Assembly: GCF_036588685.1 (NCBI RefSeq)
Contig: NC_086383.1
Span: 42,036,001-42,100,000 of the forward strand
Direction: 5' to 3'
Origin: Mytilus trossulus
Taxonomy: Eukaryota
Length of the DNA: 64,000 nt
Positions 1 to 11,761 of this stretch are shown here, one piece after another. Position numbers and translations under genes: made by a program. The notes below the pieces were generated by a model. It ran no database searches. It was not told where the DNA came from and saw only the letters and a list, made by a program, of their open reading frames with translations. How positions within the stretch are numbered: position 1 is the stretch's first letter; every line of letters starts with the position of its first letter.

Positions 1-360
1 AATAAAAAAAATGACACTTTTCTTGGTTATATATTAAAAACCTGCAAAATATAGGCTTTAACCATACATTTGTGCCTTCAATTTCTTCATGAGTTAAAAA
101 AGATAAAGTGTTTTTGACATATTTCAATGTTTTAAATATTTGTATTGGATCTTTCAGATAACTAAATAAAAAAAGTAAGCAGGATAAAAGACAAACTACT
201 TCTACTTGACTAAAAGGTTTAATGGGAGTTGTGAATAAAAGATAGAATTTGTATTTATGTCAAATATAGTTCATTTCATTTTAAGGAATTCACATTTAAA
301 CGTTGTTGCAAAATTGTCTGTTTACCTTTTATAATTATTATAGAAATACATTCATTGCAG

Positions 361-577
361 CTCACATAGGGTTAGTGTATGATGCTGCAATTTGCATACA
401 AGGCAAAACACAGGAGCAGGGTGGATGTACAATGATGGTTCTCCAATAAGGTTTAACAGATGGATTCAAGATGAACCAAAAGGATTATCGAACGTCATCA
501 TGATGTTTCGGTTTGCACACAACGGATGGGCAGTCCCTAAAAATGACAATGTGTGTAGCTATATTTGTGAATACTGA
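361..577 (+). pseudogene. Last exon of PAN/C-type lectin paralog (copy A), with a 1-bp frameshift
   Basis: Acceptor CATTGCAG ends at 360; near-identical to exon 35452-35669. GGCAAAACAC (A4) versus GGCAAAAACAC (A5) gives a premature TAA at 447-449. Could be a homopolymer sequencing error. Confidence 0.7.
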
Positions 578-1905
578 TGATTGACCAAGAACTCTCATAC
601 TATGAATATCCTGAATAAATAAAAAAACAATGTGAAAATTATCATGACAATTGAAACCTTAATCTTATTAATAGTAAAGCATAGACATATACAATAATAT
701 TACACAAAATAATAGCAAAAGACAAAGCTCTTACAATCAGATACTTTCAGTAAACAGAAGATAAAATGGCACGATCCTACACTTTAGTTGGCACATTAAA
801 TGATTGGTCATTTCGATCTATCTTTCAAAACTTTGCCTATCATAAGCAATTACTGTTTACATTTCTATACAACCCTTGAGTTTTGATTTGTAGTTAAAAG
901 ACTTTTTTGTGTCGTCAAATTTTTATTTTTTATAAAGTTGATTTTTTTTAAATATAGTCACATTAAAAATCCAGCCACAGTCATGAAATTAACATATTGT
1001 TATTATTTGAAAGCTTTTTAATGCACCAAAGTAAAGAGAATGAAAGTGAACTTACGTTCTAATATTGTGTTTACCTGTTTTTGTTTAAATGTCTTTTTGA
1101 GCGAGTTAAGCCATTTCAATTGATATTTTATAGTGTGTCTTTTATTTTGTAATTCTACACTACTGTCTCAGGTTAGGTTGAAAATTGGCTCATGTTTAAA
1201 GGTTTAAACCCGCATCATTTTTATGCACCCCTTCCTAAGTCAGAAGTCAGTCGGTGTGAGCCAATGCTACACATGAAAGGCCGTACCTTGACTATAATTG
1301 TTAACTTTGTATACATTGTGACTTGGATGATGAGTTGTCTCATTGGTTTTATGTTCTTTGTAGTATTTTGATTTTTCGCTTTGCGTGACAAATGTTGGTG
1401 TTTATCTCTTTGATGTACATTGTTTTTTTTATTGATCTCTTATGATCTTCTCACTTTATTTAATTTTAAAAAAACCTTCTTTACCAGAATGAATGAATGA
1501 ATAACATAATAAAATTCTTTAGAACAGAAAAAAACATCATGTGTATAATTTATAACGGTCTTTGCTTTTCTTCTTGATTTATGAACATCACAAATATGAT
1601 CCTTCGGACAATATTTTCAACCAGTTTTTCGCAAAGTGTTTTTTGATTAAAAGACATCTAAGTATTTTTTTGAAATAATGCTGAATTCTATACAAAAAAA
1701 TTGTTGAATAATACAATTCCTGGTACTAAAAAAATAATAAAGTGTACTCCAGTAATGCAGTACTAACAATCGATTATTTTTTTCCATAGCTTAAGAAAAT
1801 CAATTTCATTTATTATTTGTCTATCATGTCTATTGCATATCAAATTAAAGGCATGTGTGAACACGTTTTTTTCTATTCAAAATAACTCGACATTACACAA
1901 AGATT

Positions 1906-2331
1906 GATTGATTGATTGTTGTTTGCTTAACGTCCAGTGGCAAATATTTCATGCATATTCAGGACGAGAACAAGTTCACAATAAATACTATAGGTAGGTT
2001 GATACAATAGAGGCCATATGGATGATGGTCGGAGAAATTTGGACTGCCACCGGAAAAGGAGGGTATATTGGATAGGGACAGAATTTTTGCCTTGCAACAG
2101 GCCACCTACGGACCCCTCAAAGAGTTGTTGCAAGGGTTCTTAACGTTCAAAGAGCGTGGCACTCTCTTTACACGAGACATCGGATTTAACGTCCCCCTTC
2201 TGACCGGACGTGACTGCGAACTTGATACATCCCGCACAGTCAAACGGACGCCCCACTTCGGCGAGCGTTTTACTGCCGGTCGGGATAAGACCAATTGACC
2301 ATATTTCTATACCCCAGTCACCCTTGGGGGT
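1906..2331 (-). mobile_element. 5'-truncated SINE with Deu/Nin-like core and (CAAT)n tail, copy A only
   Basis: 17-bp TSD GACATTACACAAAGATT (1889-1905, 2332-2348); empty site near 37090; (ATTG)n tail at 1903-1918. Core GGGGGACGTTAAATCCGATGTCTCGTGT...GAACGTTAAGAACCC resembles the Deu domain (recognised from memory). Confidence 0.85.
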
Positions 2332-2460
2332 GACATTACACAAAGATTTCGGGAGAAATAACGAATAAGGGAATGTTAATATTGAATATCACTTTCATGT
2401 TATTTTGTTCTATACAAAGAGTTGTCTAATTTGCAAGAAAACCACATTTTCCTCCTTTTA

Positions 2461-4422
2461 TTGATTGATTGATTTGTGTTTAACGCCACTTTCGACACTT
2501 TTGTGATATCTTGTGGTGGTTAGTTTTTATTGGTGAAGGTGTAATGCCACAAATCATCAGGTTGCATACGTAAAAGGGTCGAAGAAATATTCCCTTGAAT
2601 TTGACAGTTGTAGGAAATTAATCTTACATTTCATTGCAGTAAAAATTTACTGAGTCATAAACATATATCTTGGGTGTTTCAACGCCCATTATTTTTTTTT
2701 ATTTGGTGTTTCTATAGAATATTTTGGAAAGCAAAGCTTATACACAGGGAAAAAAAGGGATGATAATTTGTTGGTTAATTTCCAGTGTTGTTCAGTTTCT
2801 TATATGCAATGAAATGTATGTGAAATTTTGTCTATAGAACTGGACAGGATAAAACTTTATTTGAAACAAAGATAAATTCTGCACATTTTTTAAAAAGTGC
2901 AAATTTAACAAAGACTTATGAGGGAATGTCAATGGTGGTATAACACCTATTATGGGAAGCTGCACATGCACCTTTAACTTGTGAGTACTCACATTTGTTA
3001 AAATGTCATGCTATTTAAGTGAAATATTACAAAAATGAAATATTCTGAGTGGATTGAGTCTCAAAAACTCATTTTATGAGAAAACTGCCTTGAAATAGGA
3101 CTCTACCTTGAATGTTAGTAGACAGAGCAGCCATACTCAGTCTTTTGGGGAGCTTGTTCTCACTTTTTTTCCTTATTTCTGATATTTTGCTATAATAGAA
3201 AACTTTTTCCTAAGAAACACTTTAATAAATATATAGATATTAGTAAATGATTTTTTTTTAAGCAGTAACAACAAATTATTTACGAAAGGGAAGCTTTGTA
3301 TGTCCCTCTCTGGAACGCGGCGTAAATTTGAATTTTTCGGAAGGACTTATTGAAACCTCCATGGAGTCAGTAAACATTTATATGGATAGTTCATTCGGCT
3401 TGAATACTTCAAATACTCAATCACATTTCTTTCATAAATGAGTGAAAGTAACATCAACAAATACTAAAATTTTGAGAAAATGAGAGGTATAAATGAAACA
3501 AAAGAGACCTTATAATGAATATAAAGGGGTTTCAGTGGTATTTATCATCCTAAAGTCATCTAGTGTATCATATTCAACTGTGTGTAGGCAGATGAGATAA
3601 CACTACATCTACCATGATGAGGCTTGATTTGAATTTTTCGAAGAAATTTTGCTTGATCACTGTCGATGTCGTCTTACATTATACTAGATTTTTCTCAAAC
3701 TAATGAACTGATTATGATAAAACTTGACATAAAATAACCAGTATTTCAAAGGGAAACAATCACATTCAGTTTATTCAATAAAAAAGTCTTCTTTATGTGA
3801 AATACCACCAAATCATACTACGTCACATCCGGTTGCATCTTAAAAAGGGTTAACAATAATTATTACCTTGGATTTGACAGTTGTAGGAAATTAATCTTAA
3901 TTTTCATTGCAGTAAAAAATTTCTGAGTCATAAACATATATCTTGTGTGTTTCAAAGCACCATTATTTGTTTTATTTGGTGTTTCTATTGATTATTTTTG
4001 AAAGTAGAGGTTACATAAAGCTTGTACACATGTAAAATATGATTGGCTAATTTCCAGTGATTGTTATTTTCTTATATGCAATGAAATGTTATGTGAAATT
4101 TTATCTATGGTACTGGACAGGATTGAACTTTACTCATGCCAAGTATTTCTTTATTTGAAACAAAGATAAATTCATCACATTTTTTTTAAAAGTGCAAATT
4201 AAACAAAGACTAATATGGGAAAATCAATGGTGGTATTACACGTAAAGGAAGCCGTCTACGGAGAAAACCATCGACCTTCGGTAGGAAAACTGACATTTCT
4301 AGTCAATTAAGGTTGGAGTCGAGTGCACCCGCACGAGCGAGGTTCGAACTCACAACCTCAGTGTTGACTGGCTAGTGATAACAGTAGTTAAACTGCTTAG
4401 ACCACTTGACCACCGAGGCGCC
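2461..4422 (-). mobile_element. tRNA-derived V-type SINE, split by a 1.7-kb insertion
   Basis: Minus strand: A box TGGTCAAGTGG (4402-4412), B box GTTCGAACC (4341-4349), V-like core GGTTTTCTCCG..GGCTTCC, (CAAT)n tail at 2461-2472; probable TSD TTCCTC(C/T)TTTTAT. Confidence 0.8.
2539..4241. mobile_element. 1.7-kb non-coding element with two ~410-445-bp direct terminal repeats, each bounded by GTGTAATACCACCA-type inverted ends
   Basis: Repeats at 2539-2946 and 3797-4241; inserted into the V-SINE with apparent 6-bp TSD GTGAAG/GTAAAG. Confidence 0.7.
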
Positions 4423-4901
4423 TGGTTCCTCTTTTTATATCAGCCAGTTGATATTGTACCACTAAGCACAACTTCTCACATTGTCGAAATTTTATACGCT
4501 GCAAGGTATATTAAATGTCATTCATGTCTTAATAAAAAAAACTGTGGAATGCCATTTAAGACTTAATGTAGACGAAACGCGCGTCTGGCGTACTAAATTA
4601 TAATCCTGGTACCTTTGATAACTATTTACACCACTGGGTCGATGCCACTGCTGGTGGACGTTTCGTCCCCGAGGGTATCACCAGACCAGTAGTCAGCACT
4701 TCGGTGTTGACATGAATATCAATTATGTGGTCATTTTTATAAATTTCCTGAATATAAAACTTTGAATTTTCGAAAAACTAAGGATTTTCTTATCCCAGGA
4801 ATAGATTACCTTAGCCGTATTTGGCACAACTTTTTGGAATTTTGGATCCTCAATGCTCTTCAGCTTCGTACTTGTTTGGCTTTATAAATATTTTGATATG
4901 A

Positions 4902-4945
4902 GCGTCACTGATGAGTCTTATGTAGACGAAACGCGCGTCTGGCGT
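4902..4945 (+). ncRNA. Type I hammerhead ribozyme 1
   Basis: GCGTCA-CTGATGA-GTCT(TATGT)AGAC-GAAA-CGCGCGTC^TGGCGT: intact core, stem II, palindromic minimal stem III, stem I closed with GU pairs; predicted cleavage after 4939. Confidence 0.92.
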
Positions 4946-5255
4946 ACTAAATTATAATCCTGGTACCTTTGATAACTGTTTACACCACTGGGTCGATGCC
5001 ACTGCTGGTGGACGTTTTGTCCCCGAGGGTATCACCAGCCCTGTAGTCAGCACTTCGGTGTTGACATGAATATCAATTATGTGGTCATTTTTATAAATTT
5101 CCTGAATATAAAACTTTGAATTTTCGAAAAACTAAGGATTTTCTTATCCCAGGAATAGATTACCTTAGCCGTATTTGGCACAACTTTTTGGAATTTTGGA
5201 TCCTCAATGCTCTTCAACTTCGTACTTGTTTGGCTTTATAAATATTTTGATATGA

Positions 5256-5299
5256 GCGTCACTGATGAGTCTTATGTAGACGAAACGCGCGTCTGGCGT
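5256..5299 (+). ncRNA. Type I hammerhead ribozyme 2
   Basis: Identical motif; predicted cleavage after 5293. Confidence 0.92.
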
Positions 5300-5609
5300 A
5301 CTAAATTATAATCCTGGTACCTTTGATAACTATTTACACCACTGGGTCGATGCCACTGCTGGTGGACGTTTCGTCCCCAAGGGTATCACCAGCCCAGTAG
5401 TCAGCACTTCGGTGTTGACATGAATATCAATTATGTGGTCATTTTTATAAATTTCCTGAATACAAAACTTTGAATTTTCGAAAAACTAAGGATTTTCTTA
5501 TCCCAGGAATAGATAACCATAGCCGTATTTGGCACAACTTTTTGGAATTTTGGATCCTCAATGCTCTTCAACTTCGTACTTGTTTGGCTTTATAAATATT
5601 TTGATATGA

Positions 5610-5653
5610 GCGTCACTGATGAGTCTTACGTAGACGAAACGCGCGTCTGGCGT
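5610..5653 (+). ncRNA. Type I hammerhead ribozyme 3
   Basis: Same motif with loop II variant TACGT; predicted cleavage after 5647. Confidence 0.92.
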
Positions 5654-5771
5654 ACTAAATTATAATCCTGGTACCTTTGATAACTATTAATGGTTTAGAA
5701 TTCATAGTACTCTAAGCTTTCAATTGCTATATTGTCTTTAGTAGTATTGCTAGAAAACATTCTATATCCAT

Positions 5772-5878
5772 CTACATAACTCGAAAAATTCAGCGCCATC
5801 TTACGATCAGTGTCGTTCAGAGTTAATCGAGTGATCGTAGTGAGCGGAATATAACGACTGGATTATTCGGGTTAACAA
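5772..5878. mobile_element. ~105-bp MITE-like repeat; an inverted relative lies at 10982-11082
   Basis: 5820-5878 is the reverse complement of 10982-11038 (TGTTA(A)CCCGAATAAT..GTCGTTATATTCCGC); both have imperfect inverted ends. Confidence 0.5.
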
Positions 5879-7579
5879 CTACTAGTATGGTAGTTAATTA
5901 ATATAACTTCATATACAATAGGTGTGACTTTTTAAAATCAATCCTTTTTTCACGATAAAGATTAAAACTTTCTACAGATTATTCAGTGACTTGGTTCCTC
6001 AAATTAACTCTTTTTATATATTAATAATTGGTGTTTTCATAAATTTGTAAGGTCTTTCCACATTACTTTTCTAAGTAGTTGATAAGAAGCTACTTCCGAT
6101 TCAATTAAAGTTACTATTGGCATTCAATTATATAAATTTCTTCATAATAATTAAAAAATTATAAGGTTTCTATATACTTTTAACTTAAATATGGGAAATA
6201 CTTTGCTACTTCCGGTTAATAAAATATCATTTCTGGTTTCATATGATAGCTTTCTTTGCACTGATTCAAAAATATAATGGTTTTCATATACTTTTTCCTT
6301 ATATATAGGATATAATGTGCCACATCCGGTTAAAAAAATGTCATTTCCGGTTTCATAAGATAGCTTACTTTCCGCTTATTCCGAAAATGTATGATTTCTA
6401 TAATAGATACTTTTCTTTCAAATAAGGGAGATACTAAGCTACTTCCAGTTTACGGAAGGCGATTTCCGTGTAATTAAAAGGTTATTGTATGTTGATTGAA
6501 AATTAATAGTTTGTAAGTACTTTTCCTTTGAATAAGTACTTCCGGTTTGCACAAGGTAACTTCCGATTGATATTTTTCAAGGTCATGTGTCATCCAACCC
6601 TTTGCAAACACACGTTTGCTTTATCATGTACCAGAATGAAGTTATATTAGATTTATCTAAAATTTTAACATTTTAGAGATCGCTTCGAACTAGATCTACC
6701 ATTTCTGTGTCTCAACAACACAAAAAATTAACATCAGTTCTTTTATAACTAGCTTTCATAGCATAAGATAGGATGCACACACAACAAAGGGCAACATTAA
6801 AAAATGACCTTACCTTAGACCTTGACACCATTTTCTTTTGGTGGACAATGGACCTCAAATCAGGATACCGCATGTCTCTATCACTTACTGTTCATGAGTT
6901 ACATTTACATAACACCCATCATGTCAAATGCAAAAGGGGACATAACTCTCATATGGAGTCTCAGTATCGCTTCGGTTAAAATTGACCGAAGAATCATGAA
7001 GATTAAACGAGCAATTTCGAAAAATAAATTTGTCGATTTCTTTTACGGTTTCGAATGAGATGTGTACACAAGAAAAACAGTGTTTGAGGAGATAACACTT
7101 ACAAAGAATATTGTTCGGTTAACAAAACCAAATATTTAAGCGACATGTTGCCAAACAAAAATTACACGCAAGAACAAAACTTGTCGTAAGAAAAAAAATA
7201 TAATCAGAACAAATACAATAAGTTTTTGCTCATACCCTGTAATTTTTTTTTCAAATGCAAATACAATAGATGTAACTTTTAAAAATTGTTTTGAAAAGAT
7301 AAGCATTGCTTTTGCTCTGGTTTTCAGGTTTTGTTATTTATACTTTCTATTTTCAAATGTATGATTGTGTTGTATCTACCGATAACAATTTTGGCTTTAT
7401 TTGTATTAAAAAAATTCTTACTTTCACAGTCGGCCAAGTTGAAGGGTTTGATAACTTAATATCTATCTATGAAAGTCATTCAGAAATAAACAAATTCTAA
7501 ATAGAAAAAAAAACTATTGTTCTGATTATTTCGAAAGACCCGATTGTTCTTTGTAAAACAAACGGTAATGCTGTTTCTT

Positions 7580-8052
7580 TATTTTTATACCCCACCTACG
7601 ATAGTAGAGGGGAATAATGTTTTCTGGTCTGTGCCTCCGTTCGTTCGTTCGTTCGTCCGTTCGTCCGTTCGTTCGTCCCGCTTCAGGTTAAAGTTTTTGG
7701 TCAAGGTAGTTTTTGATGAAGTTGAAGTCCAATCAATTTGAAACTTAGTACACATGTTCCCTATGTAATGATCTGTCTAATTTTTATGCCAAATTAAAGT
7801 ATTGACCACAATTTCACGGTCCAGTGAACAAAGAAAAAGATAGTGTGAAGCTCAGGTTAAAGTTTTTGGTCAAGGTAGTTTTTGATGAAGTTGAAGTCCA
7901 ATTAACTTGAAACTTAGTACACATGTTAACTATGATATGATCTTTCTAATTTTTATGCCAAATTAAAGTATTGACCACAATTTCACGGTCCAGTGAACAT
8001 GTAAAATAATAGTGCGAGTGGGGCATCCGTGTACTATGGACACATTCTTGTT
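7580..8052 (+). mobile_element. HINE/pearl-like non-autonomous Helentron derivative, two 169-bp core repeats
   Basis: Sub-terminal IR (ATRCCC(C)AC / GTGGGGCAT), (GTTC/GTCC)n microsatellite, tandem core units at 7683 and 7852, 3' hairpin GTGTACTATGGACAC then TTCTTGTTT. Confidence 0.75.
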
Positions 8053-8302
8053 TGCGCTATTTTCACATGTCTTGATCGGTGTGAGAAAAACATTTATCCT
8101 CACTAGTGAAATATCTGTTCTCGGCAAATGATTGGTCGAAATTCAATTATAACGTCAAATTTTCTTGGTTTCTTTTGAAATTCTTGTTGAGACGTCATGA
8201 AAAAGGGCGACCATATTTGATGACGTCACATATAAAGCACACAATTTTCTGCAAATCTTTTGAAAAGGTAGGATACAAATCATGAGAGAAACACTATTAC
8301 TC

Positions 8303-8423
8303 GTGTATAACGATATTTCTCTACTCTCAACAGTTAAAGTTTAATTATCTGAAAAGCTCGGTAAGCCTTGCACTTTAAATATTAAAATTTAACTGTCTCG
8401 AATGGAGAAATATCGTAACACAC
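8303..8423. repeat. Imperfect ~120-bp foldback palindrome (also near 48291-48411)
   Basis: GTGTATAACGATATTTCTC..ACAGTTAAA pairs with TTTAACTGT..GAGAAATATCGTAACACAC. Confidence 0.65.
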
Positions 8424-9421
8424 TCGTGGCATTGGTGGAATCTCTATTTCTTACATGCGACAAATTCAGAATAACTATTTATAGGAGAAAGGGCAATTAA
8501 AGGGCATTTGTGAAATTTTTATTATTCCTAATATCACTAAAGGAATAATATCAAAAATAAAGGTCAAGTGTCAAGTAAACTATCAAATATCCGAAAAGAT
8601 TTATTTTGATTCAAAAATATTAAAACTTCGTTTAAAATGTAATTTCCAGCGTCAATGATAGCTTATTGTACGCTGATTTAAAAAATATATGGTCTCTGGA
8701 CATGTTATTTTAATAAGGTAGATAATTTGTTTCTACCGGTATGAAAAATGTCACTTACGTAATATTTGATAGTTTACTTGACACTGATTCCAAAAATATA
8801 TGGTTTTATATACTTCATTTAACATTACACAAATACAAAAATTATCTCATTCTGGTCCACACAATGTTACTTCCGGTTGGCTTTTCCAATGTCATATGAC
8901 TTGCAACCTAATGCAAAAAGTCCCATAACTGTGTCATGTATACATATGAAGTAAAAGCAAAGGTCAAAATCTAGAACGTAAAATTTACCTATGACCTTGA
9001 GCTCAATTTGAAGGTCATAAACCAAAGACCTCAAATCAAAAGACACTAGGTCTTTATTATATATGTTGAATGAGTTATATCACCATATGCGTAATTTTAC
9101 CATAACCTGTGACATAACCAATTTACTGTAACTTGACCTGAAGACGTTTTTCTTTTCAATTCACTCTAATTCCGTCTTGGTTCGATGTCATTATAAAAAT
9201 AAGAAGACGTGGTATAATTGCCAATGAGACAACTATCTATGAAATATCAAACGAAGTGAAAGTAAGCAATACCAACTAACTGGATAAAGCTCTCTCACAA
9301 GCCACAAAAACTATAACAATTACCGTAAAAAAAATAATAGAATACAACACAAGCACTGGGCCACATTCTACAGCATCCACACATCATGTTGGTAATTTTT
9401 CAAATAGGACAATGCTATATT

Positions 9422-9580
9422 TAATGAATGGCTGTTATTTATTTTGAATTTATTGAACCATAAAATTAATTTTTGACTCTTCACATTGAATAATCCGCGA
9501 AGCGGATTATGTTAAATGTGAAGAGTCAAAAATTAATTTTATGGTTCAATAAATTCAAAATAAATTATTGCCATTCATTA
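9422..9580. repeat. Near-perfect 159-bp palindrome centred on CCGC-GAA-GCGG
   Basis: Arms of about 75 bp are complementary from TAATGAATGGC to GCCATTCATTA; loop GAA at 9499-9501. Confidence 0.9.
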
Positions 9581-11761
9581 TGAATAAATTTCTATCAAAA
9601 ATAAGGTTCAAAGATATATATTAATACGAATAACAACGTACACAGGTGTTTGCGTATGAATACGCAACGTTAGAGTGGGCGTGTCGCCATAAAAATTGAT
9701 AACATTGAAAATAAAGCTAATTCTTTTAACCAATCAGAAGACGATAAATATACAAAATTTATTCATTTCAAGGAAGGGCCTAATCGTACCTACAATTTTT
9801 ATTAAGGATTTTCGCTCCTCTTGTTTTTGATTCTTTGTCAGATATTTGGAATTCTCTGGTTTTAAAAACGGTACATACAAATGTCAGCCATTATATTGAT
9901 TACGATTATACATATCGACCTTTATTAATCACCCAAATGATATTTTAGCTTTAAAAATTGCTTTTAACGGTTTAACCAAAAAAAAGCCTGTAATCTAGAG
10001 CAAAACCTGTATCTGATTTCCATATATGGATTATACTTTTTGGTTTCAATAGGGTTTCGTAATCTTGTACTTTATAAAACCGCATATAGTTTCTAATCCC
10101 GAACGTCATGAAACAGGTAAACTATATAGTTTCTAAACCCAATCGTGATATAAATTACCTTGTAATCTTTCGAAAAGAAAAAATAACATGTAATTTTAAA
10201 AGCAGTAATTATCTACAAATACATGTATGAGAAAGTGTGAAACGAGAGAGTTTAATAATGTATAAAACACAGTTACAGAAACAGTATTTCTAAACTGTGT
10301 GTCATTTATCAGGTGAGTGATAATATCTTAATGTTTAATTTGATATCAGAGGGTTTTGACGGGGTTTAGGGAATAAAGAATAGAGGGAAAAAATATTAAA
10401 AAATCCATAAAAATCGAGAAAACAGACCAAAAAAAAGTTAAGAATAGAGAATACAAGTGCTAAAATATAAAGAATAGAGAATAATGATCAAAATTTATAA
10501 AAAATAGAAAAAATGGCTTAAAAATTGTATTATCATACAGATAACACAGAAAAAAAAAGAAAAAGAAAAGTAAAATAATTTCATGGTGGAGGTGGTATGT
10601 TTTTTCTTTCTTTCGATACAAACATGCCGTTAAACTTTAACAATACAAGATTCAGATTCCAAATATCTGGCAAAATTTCAAAAACAAGAGAAGCGAACAT
10701 CCTTAATTGAGAAACCAATGCATATACAAACGATTCAAAAGAAAAATTATAGCACGAATTCCATGCGTGTAAAAATATAGAACACTTTTCGGAATACACC
10801 GTAGTAGGATTGTATACAAAAGGACAGACTGTAATTAGACATCAACCCCCTGTTATCTATATTTTTGTTGATCATGCGTGAAATATTTGAGAAAAATCTT
10901 GAACTCTTAACGAGACTTAATGTTTTTAGGTTTAGACTTTTCTTATGATGTTAAAATAATATTAAACAGTATTTATTCGTATGTTACCCGAATAATCAAG
11001 TCGTTATATTCCGCGCTCTACGAGCACTCAATTAACCCTGGACGTAAGAGGGCGCCGCTGAGCGGCAGTATTATCAGGTGTCATCCCGAATTTCCTAAAT
11101 AATAAACACATCAAGAAAAAATAATAATTATTTCCCGAGTCCAGATGAGGGTAAATCCCAAATGCCCGCGAAAATTTAGGGGGACCCTGAATTTTGGAAA
11201 AAATATAGGCCTAATCCCGACGTCCCTAAAAGGTCGTTCAGCCCTTCACAAGTAATGTGGAGTGACCCTTAAGATTCTGTTAAAAGAAAACAGTGTTTTA
11301 AAAAGTTAATACCAATTTCTACTCGTGTGTTTGATTTTAAATATGTTATTTGGATAAATTCTGATAACCATTATCTTTAAAAAGAACAGTCAAATGTGAC
11401 GTTACAAATAAGCCAGGCCAAGAGTAAATTTTTGCAGCTAGGAAAAAGCAATATTTATATCAAGTGAGTAAAATATTAATGACCGACATTTTCATCAGTT
11501 CTCTGAAACAATACCTGACATATCTTAGGGTACGGATGGGGAGTACATCTTTTCTGTATTCTTTAATTTTTTATATAAATTTTCATATTTTTTTCTTTTT
11601 TTCTCCCATTTTTTTCTATTCTTTATATTTTAGGACCCAATTATTCTCTATTCTTTGTTTTTTTGGCCAATTTTTCTCTATTCTTTATTCATTTTGTCAA
11701 TTATTCTCTACAGTTTGCCAATTATTCTCTATCCTGTAATCCCATTCCAGACCCTCATATT

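Larger units (their letters stand above)
4569..5686 (+). mobile_element. Non-LTR retrozyme: tandem array of 354-bp units carrying type I hammerhead ribozymes, copy A only
   Basis: Period 354 (CTGATGA at 4908, 5262, 5616); empty site CATTTAAGAATTAATGG near 45631-45647; apparent TSD TTAATG. Confidence 0.92.

Noticed and set aside
1927-2343. Four overlapping short ORFs
   Set aside because: They lie within a GC-richer SINE insertion and show no protein motifs.
4330-4422. tRNA gene
   Set aside because: A and B boxes belong to a SINE head; no cloverleaf with acceptor stem.
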